Under the pieces are notes generated by a model. The model was not told where the DNA came from, did not search any database, and saw only the letters and a list, made by a program, of their open reading frames with translations. Positions 48,760-59,987 of a stretch of 64,000 nucleotides of DNA are shown piece by piece (position 1 is the stretch's first letter; each line of letters opens with the position of its first letter). The position numbers and the translations under genes were made by a program. Origin of the DNA: Mobula hypostoma (taxonomy: Eukaryota). The DNA lies in NCBI RefSeq assembly GCF_963921235.1, contig NC_086108.1, positions 50,220,001-50,284,000 of the forward strand, in the 5' to 3' direction.

Positions 48760-50245
48760 ACTCTTATCTTGTTAAGCTCAAGTCAGACTAACTGGTCTAT
48801 ATTTTCCTTTCTTCTGTCTCCACCACCTTCTTAAATAGTGGAGTGACATTTGCAATTTTCCCCGGAACCATCCCAGAATCTAGTGATTCTTGAAAATCAT
48901 TACTAATGCCCCACAATATTTTCAGCTATATCTTTCAAAACTCTGGGGTGTAGTCTAGTTGGTCTAAGCGACTTATCTACTTTTTAGCTTCCAAAGTACC
49001 TTCTCCTTAGTAATAGCAACTGCACTCACTTCTGCCACCTTACACTCTTGAATTTCTAGCATGCTGCTAGTGTCTTCCATAGTGAAGACTTATTGAGTTT
49101 GTCCACCATTTCTTTGTTTCACATTGCTACCTTTCCAGCGTTATTTATCAGTAGTCCACCATCCAATTCTCGCCTCACTTTTGCTCTTTATATATCTGGA
49201 AAAAACTTCTGATATCCTCTTTTATACAATTGGCTTCATATTTCAACTTCTCTCTCCTTATGGCTTTTTAAGTTTTGGCCTGAAACGTTGACTGTACTTT
49301 TTCTCCATAGATGCTGCCTGGCCTGCTGAGTTCCTCCAGCAGTTTGTGTGTGTTTCTCGGATTTCCAGCATCTTCAGATTTTCTCTTGTTTGTAAGTTGC
49401 CTTCTGTTGGTCTTTAGAAGCTTCACAATCCTCTAACTTTTAGCTAATTTTTACAATATTACATGCCCTCTCTTTTGCTTTTACTCTATCTTTGACTTCC
49501 CTTGTCAGCCATATTTGCCTCATCCTTCCTTAAGAATACTTCTTCATTTTTGGGACACATCTTTCCTGTGCCTTCCAAATTGTCCCCAGAAACTCCTACC
49601 ATTGCTGTTCTGCCGTCATCCCTTCTAATGTCCTCTTCAGTCACCTTTGGCCAGCTCCCTTTTCAAGCCTATGTAATCCCTTTTATTCCACTGCAACACT
49701 GATACATCTGACTATCTTTTCCCCCTCAAACTGCAGGGTGAATTCTATCATGTTACAATCACTCTCTTCTAAAGGTTCCTTTACCTTAAGCTCCCTAATC
49801 AAATCTGTTTCAAATCAATCCAGAATTGCCATTCCCTTAGTGGGCTGAATCACAGGCTGTTCAAGAGAGCCATTTTGTAGGCATTCCACAAATTCCCTCT
49901 CTGACGATTCAGCACCAACCTGATTTTTCCATTCTACCTGCATATTAAAATCGCCCATCACTATCATAACATTGCCCTTCTCACATATCTTTTCCATCTC
50001 CCGTTATAATCTGTATCCCACATCCTGGCTACTGTTTGGAGGCCTGTATATAACTCGCATCAAGGTCTATTTACCCTTGTAGTTTCTTAACTCTGCCCAC
50101 AAAAATTCTGCATCTTCTGATCCTATGTTACATCTAAGGATTTGATTTCATTTTTTTTAAAAACCAACAGAGCCACCCCCCCTCCTTCGTGTACCTATCT
50201 GTCCTTTCGATACAATGTGCATCCTTGACTGTTAAGGTCCCAAAT
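48760..50245 (-). mobile_element. Degraded CR1 EN/linker fragment with a small pLTR insert (~49272-49392)
   Basis: VMIVMGDFNMQVEWKNQVG...EREFVECL remnant. Confidence 0.75.
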
Positions 50246-53200
50246 GATTTTCTGAAACCTGTAAGGCACGAGTCATAATCACAAATTCAGAACATTGGCT
50301 CCCACATCTCATAAAAGGAGAATGAAGCATAGGAGCTGAATGGTACCCTCAGAAATCTTCCTCCTTGGAATGTCATTATCAGGATCCTCCTCAACCACCA
50401 TCTCCCAACTGCCAAAGCAATGTTCTTTGAATTACATCAACCTTTAGGCACAAAGGAAATTACCACCACATATCAATTCAATTCCAACAGAAATGCAGGA
50501 AATAGTATCAGCCATAAAATATCTGGGTTTATTGATATCAAAGGAAACAGTTCCATCAAAGAAGACTGTGGCAAATCACTCTGAAACTTTGCTGGAAATT
50601 AATCTGCACTTTGAGGTTGCCACATACGCTATGATGCTATCCAAATAGGTCCAGGGCAAAAAGACCTCAGTGCAGCGTGGTGCCAAGAAATGGTGCGTCA
50701 TCATCTCAACAGTTTTTTCAATTTTTCTCGCTAAAATGCTGCACCTCACCTACAATAAGCTTTCCAATGGAGTAAAATTAATCTGCAAAACAAACCAGAA
50801 ATTGTTTAATGTACAGCTCCTCTACCCCAAAGCTTACCTCAACTTGAATTGTCAAGCTGCAGTGTGTAGAAAAAGCTCAAATCTGCAAATAAAAAATGCG
50901 AGGTCAGGGTCAAATTAATCATCAACTCATTTACTGAAGGAGACAGAAGAATGGGGCTGACACAAAGATTTTTGCCCCACTATAAAACACAACACTGAGG
51001 ATAAAAATTCCACAGCAGGACCTTAGACCGTTGTCGTTAGTGTACCTGATCAGCCTTCAACTGTCCAAGGAAAAGTATCCAAAGATTATGACTTCAAATC
51101 CAAGGGCACAAAGTCGATGACCTACAATCCTTAATCTCCTTTAGATTTCTGATACATGACCTGCTAGAGTAGATGTCACACAACACTGCAGAAACACCAT
51201 CAATGCTATTTCTGCAAAATCCATCTGATACACTGGCAGTGTAAGTGAATCAACATTTCTGTCCATTCTCAGGTCACTTTCTTGACCCAGAGGCTTGAAG
51301 GACGCTGAGTCAGCTCAGATGTGTAGTGCCTGCTGCTCACATTTTGACACCATACTCAAAAAAAAACGTACTCTATTCTCATCTCCAGAACGGCAAGAGA
51401 TAACATTGAAGGATATCCTCAAAGCCACGAACAAATATAACACACCCAGTGACTGTTATGAATCCATGGCCCACGACTGCTCAGTTGAGCAGGAGCACCT
51501 GAGGGGCACTGAGAAACCACAGTTCATTTGTTGGGAGTGTACAGAAGGACAACACATCCCAAATTATCACCTGCTCCCTCCAACAAGCACTTCTTGCCCT
51601 ACCTATTGAAGTGTCTGAAGGTATCAATTTCCCCTCACTTGCCTCTTTAGAACCTCATAGAACAGGAAATGAAGCAAGTCATTGCCAGTTCTGAGGAGCT
51701 CCCCAAGAATAAACACAAACCATTGGGACCACCAGTAAATGACGTGAAAAAAATGGCATGAAAATACTTTCCAACTCTAAAGGAGAAACTGGAATGATTC
51801 AAATAAAATGACTGTGCAATCAAAAAGTGAAGACAACAGAGCAATGCAAACATTACAAAAGATTTGTAGAAGTAGGAGGAGTAAAACAGCTATTAGAGAA
51901 AGCATGCATGGAGTATAAAACTTATTGAGTTTAAGTTTGTACATGTGACAGATAGTCTTTATTCAAATCAACAGTAAAACCATCAATATTGCTCACTTTC
52001 AAGTAACTTACTTGTACACTCAACAAAATAACAGAAGAGGTCTGACTATTGCAATGAAGACAGGTGATGTGATGGCAACTGGGAACCTGCAAACAGCAAA
52101 TGAAACACAGAGGAAGCCAAGAACTCAGAGGGTACAGCATCATGTCTACAGAAATGAGTTCAAAAGAAAGTGCCAAACAGAGAAAGACTGAGAAACTGAT
52201 TCTTTATTAAATTACAGTTTTAAGTTTTTTTAAACCTGATTTACTTTCCTAAATACTTGTTAGAGTTGCATATTAGCCTTTTGCATATCACGCCCAGATC
52301 TCTGCATCTCAGAACCATGCAACATCTTGCCTTTTAAATAATATGTTTATTTTATATTTCTCTGGTCCAATTGGACAACTTCAATCTTGCCACATTATAT
52401 TCCATTTGCCAAATCTTTACAATTTATTTATATCCCTTTGCTTCTCATCTTCACAACTTGTTTTTCTACCTAACAATAGTATCTTCCCCATCTTCAAGCA
52501 AGATCAAACATAAATAGTAAAAAGCTGAGGGCCCAGCACTGTTTTATGTGGCACATCATTACTTGTGTCTTGCCAACCAGAAAGAAAACAGTGTCTGGCT
52601 GACTAGTGGGAACCAATCAACCACCAAAGCCCACATGTCACCGCCCACACCAACAACCTTTGATATGGCATTTGATTTAGATTTACAGATTCCCTTCACT
52701 GCACATACCTTCAAAGAATTCCAGCATATTGGTCAAATGTCATTTCCTTTTCACAAAACCACATTAATTCTGACTCATAATTTCAAAATTTTTAAGTTCC
52801 CTAATATAAGAATATAAGAAATAGGAAATGAAGTAGGTCATCTGGCCCATTGAGCCTGCCCTGCCATTCAATAAGATCACAGTTGATCTGGCTGTGGACT
52901 CAGCTTTACCCACCTGCCTTTCCCACTAACCCTCAATTTCCCTGCTATGCAAAAGTCATCTGTGTATTAAAAATACAGTGGATTCCAGTTAATTGGGACA
53001 CATTGGGACCAGAAACTGCATAACAAATTATGTACTTAAATGAAATACAGAACAAATTAGAACACTACTTTATGATACTATAACACTGTAGTTATTGATG
53101 GAGAAATTCAGTGTATGATGCCATGTTCTTTTGATTGACTGTAAGTGAACAAAATCAGTGCACCGGGTGCAGATACTGGACTGCCTTCATGTAATGCTTT

Positions 53201-53390
53201 CGATGATTACATCCCCCAAATCTTCATTTTCATTGTAACACTCAAAATGACTGTCGATACCTTCAAGTTCTTCATTGTTCCCAACTTGCTGAAGTAGTGA
53301 AATTGTTAAATTTTCACTAACAGCCATTTCTCGCAACTCCAATCTTGAATGCCTGAAGCTACATTGAGCAAAACAGTTCAGAATTGTCTT

Positions 53391-53511
53391 CAAAGTTGCT
53401 GGTGAATGCAGCAGGCCAGGCAGCATCTCTAGGAAGAAGTACAGTCGACGTTTCACCCTTCGTCCCGATGTGTGTTGCTTGAATTTCCAGCATCTGCAGA
53501 ATTCCTCATGT
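53391..53511. mobile_element. 121-bp mini-Penelope (two pLTR pieces in opposite orientation)
   Basis: Perfect 14-bp TSD TTCAGAATTGTCTT at 53377-53390 and 53512-53525. Confidence 0.8.
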
Positions 53512-53562
53512 TTCAGAATTGTCTTACTGCTTATTTCTCACCAACTAACAGTGACAAAAATC

Positions 53563-53782
53563 ACAAACAACAGAAAATCTGCAGAAGCTGGAAATCCAAG
53601 TAACACACATTAAATGCTGGAGGAGCTCAACAGGCCAGGCAGCATATACGGAAGAGTACAGTTGGTGTTTTGGGTTGAGACCCTTCAACAGGACTGGAGA
53701 AAAAAGATGTGGAGTAGAGTTAAAATTCTACCTTTAACTCTACTCCTCATATTTTTTTCCTCCAGTCTTGCTCCAGCATTTC
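53563..53782 (-). mobile_element. Penelope pLTR fragment
   Basis: 12-bp TSD GTGACAAAAATC at 53551-53562 and 53783-53794. Confidence 0.75.
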
Positions 53783-54494
53783 GTGACAAAAATCGCTGCT
53801 CTTTGAACACAAATGTACATAACTGATGCTATTTAAAAACTATTTGGTCTAAGCACAGTGTATGTCTAAAACCCACAAAAGTGTACTCAACTGGCGCTAG
53901 TTAGAAACTGCTCGGCAACAGGCCCCTGACCCAATTAAGCAGCACAGCATCCCAAATAAATGAAAAAAATCCCAACAATTTTCTCAATTAGTTTTTGTTC
54001 TTCAAAAATTGTCCTAAACAAGCGGTTGCCCCAATTAACCAGAATTCAGTTTTTAATTAGGTAGCCTCTACTGCTTCGCTGAGTGGAGATTCTCTAATTC
54101 ACGGAAAAGTAGCTTCTCCTCATTTCTATCCTAAATCTTGAGGATATGTCCCCTAGTTCTGGTCTCACTTACCAGGCTCTTCCTCCCTCTATCTTAACTA
54201 TCCCTTTCATAATTTTATGTTTCTATAAGATCCTTCTTATTCTTCTGAATTTCAATGAGTATAGTACCAGACCATTCATTCTCTACTCATGGGTTAAGAC
54301 CCTGATCTCCAGAATCATTCATGTAAACCCCCTCTGCGTGGTGTCCAAAACCAGAATGGATTTCCTCAAGTACAAAGACCAGACTGCTTGCAGTACTCCT
54401 TGTGCAGCCTCACCAGAACCCTATACAGTTGCAGCATAACCCCCCTGCCCTTAACTTCAATCCTTCGAGCAATGAAGGCCAACATTCCATTTGC

Positions 54495-54745
54495 AACATG
54501 TGCAAAATGCTGGAGGAACTCAGCAGGTCAGACAGGAGCTATGGAAAAGAAGATCGAGTCGACATTTTGGGCAGAGACATATTTCAAGACTGAGAAGGAA
54601 TGGTGAAGATGCCAGAATATAAAGGTAGGGAGAGGGGAAAGAGGCTCTCTGGAAGGTGATAGGTGAAACCAGGTGGGTGGGAAAGGTCAAGGGCTGGGGA
54701 AGAATCAGATAAGGGGGAAAGCGTGTCATAGGAGAAAGGGAAAGA
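54495..54745 (-). mobile_element. Penelope pLTR fragment inserted in a CR1 remnant
   Basis: 14-bp TSD AACATTCCATTTGC at 54481-54494 and 54746-54759. Confidence 0.75.
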
Positions 54746-56269
54746 AACATTCCATTTGCCTTCTTGACAACCTGCAAGCCAACTTTTTCTGATTCATGCA
54801 CAAGCACTCCAGTTCCCTCTGCACAACTGGCATGTTACAATATTTAACCATTTAAATCAGGGGTTTCCAACCTGCGTCCTTAAGCTCCTCAGTTAATGGT
54901 AGGGATCCATGGCATAAAAATGGTTGGAAATCCCTGATTGAAATAATAATCAGATCTTCTATTTTTCCTTGTAAGTGGATGACCTTGCAATTACCTTTGT
55001 GGTACTTGAACTACCAGACTCTTGCCCACTCACTTAATCTATCAATATGCCTCTGTAAATTCTCCACAAACTCTGTATATTTTTTGTTTTCCACTCAATT
55101 TAGTGTTATCAGTAACCTTAGATATGTTAAACTTGTCCTCTTTTCCAATTTGCAAATGTATATCGTCAACATTGTGGGCACAGCACCAATCCCTGCGACA
55201 CTCCAATCACCACTGACTGTCAAACAGAGCAACACCCAGTTATCCCAACTCTCTCCCTTCTGTTGTCTAACCACTCCTCTATCCATTCTAATACATTACT
55301 ACCCAATTTTCATGTATCCTTATCTTAAGTGGCTCCTTATCAATAAATCCAAGTATATAGCATCCACTTGTTCCACTAAACATCTTAAAAAAAAGTTTCT
55401 AATATTTCTCTCAATGAAAAATATTAAACAAATTGGCTCATAGTTTCCAATCTCTGAATCCCTTTTTGACTCAAAGGGAAGAAGTAGAATACTGGAGCTA
55501 CACAGAGATAGCTGAACCAAGGCTGTGGCCATGAAAGATGATGCAATCAATGAGAAGTAACACATGCAGTTCATAAAAAAACTGCAGATGCTGAAAATTA
55601 AAGTAAAAATTGCAGACATTGGAAACACTCAGCAGGTTAAGTCACATCTCTGGGAAGATAAACAGTCTTTGATCTGATTTGTTTCTACCGAGATGTAGCT
55701 GAGTTACCGAGTATTTCCTGTTTTTAATCAATTCAGTTCTGATGAGACCTGCAAAAAAGGAATTCAATCATTTAACTGAGCAAGTCTGCAGTTTATCCAA
55801 AATGAAAGCTCCCACGCAATAATGATCATCCAGAAACACAAGAGGAACACTTAATAACTCCTGAGGTTCCCACCATGTCCCGCCAGCTAAACCTACTTCC
55901 TATATTTAAAACCCAGAGGCAGTAGGGAGAACAATCTGGGTGACATCACCATCCACATGGGAAATTGCTTAAAGTTTTGGATCATATCATTGAGATAGAC
56001 AAGAAAGGGAAGAGTACCAAGGATTGACTCAGAAAACAAGGAAAGCAAGTGGAATTCTGGTTAGGATTAGATAGGCAAGAGCCAAATAAACTGAAAGTCA
56101 ATGTTCGAGACAAAAGGGGGTATTCATGTGGCCAAAGGAGATGAGAGATTCAAGAAAATGAACAGGAGAATGAACATGGTCATGCATAGAGGGAACGACA
56201 TTTGTGGTATTGAGTAGGACTGGTGTAGTGCTGAGATAAAGAAAAAATTGGTTTCAAGATATTCTGGCA

Positions 56270-57780
56270 TGAGACCATAAAACATATGAGCTGAACAGGC
56301 CATTTCAGCATGGCTGATTTATTATCCCTTTCAAACCCATTCTTCTGCCTTCTCCCCACAACATTTGACACCTGGCTAAACAAGAACCTCTGCTTTAAAA
56401 ATAGATAATAACACAGCTGTCCGTGGCTATGAATTCTACAGATTCATCACCCTCTGGCTAAAGAAATTCCTACTCATCTCTGTTAAAAAATGGATGTCCC
56501 TTTAGTCTGAGGCTGTGCTCCCGGACCTAAACTCACCCATCGTAGGAAACATCCTCTCCACATTTATTCTATCTCGCCCTTTCAAAATTCAATAGTTTTC
56601 TAAGAGACCCCTTCCCCTCCCCCTCCCTCTCCCCATTCTTCTAAACTCCAGCAAGTACAGGCTCAGAGCCATCAAACACTCCTCATACGTTAACCCTTTC
56701 TGGAAACATTCAGCATTCTCGTGAACTTCCTCTAGACCCTCTCCAATACCAACATTTCTTTTCTTAAATAAGGGGCCTAAAATTGCTCACATACTCCAAG
56801 TGCAGTTTGACCAATGTCTTAAAAACTCTCAGCATTACATTCTTGCTCTTACATTCTAGTCCTCTTGAAATGAATGTTAACATTGCATTTATCTTAATTA
56901 CCGACTCAACCTGCAAGATAACCTTTAGCGAATCTTGCACAAGGATTGCACTTGCAAATCCCTTTACACCTCTGATTTTTGAGTTTTCTCCCCATTTCGA
57001 AAATAGTCCATGCCTTTATTCCATTTACCATTATGCATGACCATAAATTTCCTAACTATATTCCATCTGCCACCTCTTTGCCTATTCTTCCAATCCAAGT
57101 CCTTCTGCAGGCTTCATTATTCCTCACACTTCCTGCCCCTTGACATGTCTTTGTATTGTCTGCGAATCTGGCCACAAAGCCATCATCCCATCGTCAACAT
57201 AAAATGTGAAAAGAAGAGGCCCCAAAACCGACCCCTGTGGAACACTATTTGTCACCGGCAACCAACAAGAATATGCCCTCGTTATTCCACGCTTTACCTC
57301 CTGCCAGTCAGCCAATCTTCTTTCCAAGCTAGTACCTTTACTGTAATAACATGGGCTCTTATCTTGTTAAGCAGCCTCATGTATGGCACCTTGTCAAAGG
57401 CTTTCTGAAAATCCACGTAAACATCTCCTGACTTTCCTGCCTGTTACTTCCTCAAAGAACTCCAACAGATTTGTCAAGCAAGACTTCCCCTTACTGAAAC
57501 CAAGCTGACTTTGGTCCACTTATCATGTGCCTCCAAGTACCCCAAAACTTCATCTTTAATAATTGGATACCAACATCTTCCCAACTACAGAAGTCAGGCT
57601 AACTGGCCTATAATTTCCTTTCTTCTCTCTCCATCCTTTCATAAAGAGTAAAGTGACATTTGCAACTTTACAGCCCTCCACAACCATTCCAGAATCTAGT
57701 GATTCTTGAAATATCATTACTGATGCCGCCACAATCTCTTCAGCTAACTTCTTTCAGAACCCTGGAGTGTAAGCCATCTA
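56270..57780 (-). mobile_element. Degraded CR1 RT and 3' fragment
   Basis: WLPVTNSVPQGSVLGPLLFT remnant and CR1 3' UTR. Confidence 0.75.
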
Positions 57781-59190
57781 GTTCACAGAGATGAAAGGAA
57801 GCAGAATATCTGAAGTTCAAGAGCCATGAGGTTATTTTGCAGTTTCATAAACCTCTGCTTAGGTCACATCTGAAGCATCACATTAAATTTTGGTTGTCCC
57901 ATTGCAGAAAGCTGTGAAGAGGTGCTCTCTGGCTGGGGAGGAGGGTGGAGTTGGATGGATAGAATATAGTTGTCTCCTCTGAGGCCAGAGAGACCGAGGA
58001 GAGACTTGATAGAGGTTTTGAAATGCATGGAGAGATAGCTGGAATCTTTTTCTAATACTACAGGGTATACATTTAATATAGATGGGGAGGTGAGATTTAC
58101 AGGGGATGTGTGAGGCATGTTCTGTTTAATTTTACATTATGCTATACTGTTCTATATTCTAAGCTTTGGAAGCAACATCTTCAAGAGAATTGAAAGACGT
58201 GACAGGTTGCTGGAACACAAGTTGTATGTTCCCACCCACTATCATGACAAAACAAAACTTGCCCACAAGATCATCATGCTGTTGGAGATGAACATGGTGG
58301 TGAGCAATGAAACAAACCCACATTAATACAGCTTTACTTTTGTATGCTATGGGAGTTCAAAGACTAACTGTTTTTCCTTTTGAAATGCAAAGAACTGGTC
58401 ATCAGTTACACTGGAATTTTCCAAAACAAGACATTGAGGGATACAGTTGAAAAAATGCTACTTCCACAATGCTGTCAACTTCCAGCATCACTTTCTTTAC
58501 AAGTAAAATTATAGTGTTTAGATCTTATTTCACTTATCTTCCTTTGAGAGCATAACTACGCAATATTCTACTTTGTCAACAGGTGCAAGTGCTGTTGGAA
58601 CTGCTTCTCCTGAGGCAAAGTTCTGGAGACCATCTTATGCATCAGAAGCACAGCATTGACAGGAACTGCTCTTGATGTATTCAGTGCGCTTCCTACAATC
58701 ATCTCACATTTCTCCCCATTCTCAACCGTTGGCCTATTGTTCCTGTATTCCACAGAAATGTGACATTTTTGAGCCTCAAACATACTTCCTGCCAATTACA
58801 TCTGCTCTGGCTGCAAATTTACTCTTCAAATCCTAATCTCGAGCCACATCTTTTAGTGCATTACTCCAATTCTTACAAACCACGATTAACTATTTGTGCC
58901 TCAGTCATCAATGCTATGCTAATGGTTGTAGCTACTTAAACACAAATGCCTGAAATATTTTTTAATACATCTCCGTTAAGAGTTATTTAGCATATCCTTG
59001 ATCAATTTTACCCAAGACCGTGGCGCTGGAAAGAAAACCACGCCCAGGGTGCTGGAAAAGTGCAGCGAAAGCGAAAAGTCAGAGGATAACTTCCCATCAA
59101 GTGGGTGAAGGAGAAGACAGTAAGGGTGCTGCCTATCGTTGCCCCACGGCCCAGGTGTGGCCCGTTGGGCCCACTTCAGAAAAAGGATAT

Positions 59191-59330
59191 TGCCTGATGG
59201 AGGCGTCCACCTCCGCTTCGTCGGGTCCCAGCTGGTTCTCGCCACCTTCCTCCTCGTCCACGTAGTTATTCTCGTCATAGTCATCCACATTGACCCGACG
59301 GAATTTGTCAACGCTCGTATTCTTGGACAT
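59191..59330 (-). CDS. ARPC5: ARPC5 (Arp2/3 complex subunit 5) exon 1; total 150 aa
   Basis: [51 protein letters not shown] and [15 protein letters not shown] favour ARPC5 over ARPC5L. Confidence 0.95.
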
Positions 59331-59680
59331 GTCGCGGGCCGCCGGTGATCTGATCCGGGTAGGAATTAGGGCCAAGCCACCGCTTCTACCGTCAGTCTTC
59401 GTACAGCACAGCGAGCCCGGTGCTTCCGCAAACTGACAGCGCGAGGGGTAGGGCGGGGCCCGGCGCCCGTCGCGCGCGCACGAGCGCTCCAACAGCCGCG
59501 CCCCCACCCCCAACTTCTCTTGCGCGCACGTATGCCCCCGCGCGCGCGACCCTTGTTTCACGCGACCCCGCCTCCTGCGAAGCAGGGACCGCCTTCTCCC
59601 CGGTCACGTGTGGGTGTTGTTCCGCGCAGTCGCAGTGACTGCTGATCGGTCGAGTTGCCGTAATGTGTCAGATAGTCAAC
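59331..59680 (-). promoter_or_regulatory. ARPC5 CpG-island promoter and 5' UTR
   Basis: Dense CpG, GC box GGGCGGGG at 59451-59458, GCGCGC tracts (NRF1-like) and E-box GTCACGTG near 59603. Confidence 0.75.
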
Positions 59681-59987
59681 AAAACCGTGGTGGCGTTTAC
59701 ATTTCTGGCCCAAGCTCAATAAGTTTGCATGTAAGAACCATGCGCTTTGATTACCGAGTGCAAAACACTGCAAATACTGGAAGTTCTGCGTAGATTGGTG
59801 TATGATTTAGGTCTGGAGGTTTGAACTATTGGTCTGGAGCGCCAAACACCGATGTCACCATTGCAACTAGCCTGGGCAATTTAAATTTAATTAATAAAGT
59901 TAATGTAGCACTGAAAGATTGTAACAGTCAGGTGGAAAAAATGGAAACCGGTACTGTGTAACTGAATTTCCAGAAGATGTTCCATAA

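Larger units (their letters stand above)
52976..54051. mobile_element. Pogo/Tigger-like DNA transposon derivative inserted in a CR1 3' end, carrying two mini-Penelope inserts
   Basis: TA|CAGTGGATTCCAGTTAATTGGG at the left and CCCAATTAACCAGAATTCAGT at the right. The minus-strand remnant NCFAQCSF resembles a Tigger transposase C-terminus. Confidence 0.55.
38118..59190 (-). other. ARPC5: U12-type (minor spliceosome) AT-AC intron 1 of ARPC5, 21,073 bp
   Basis: 5' splice site ATATCCTTT (59190-59182), branch site TTCCTTAAT (38136-38128), 3' splice site AC (38119-38118). The join CA|A restores the frame. Confidence 0.92.

Noticed and set aside
58992-59000. Second U12 donor-like ATATCCTTG
   Set aside because: It is on the plus strand, opposite to ARPC5, with no matching exon or branch site.
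59133-59561. 142-aa ORF as a single-exon or N-terminally extended ARPC5
   Set aside because: It starts at GTG within the CpG island. Homology runs only from ATG 59330 to the U12 donor at 59190.
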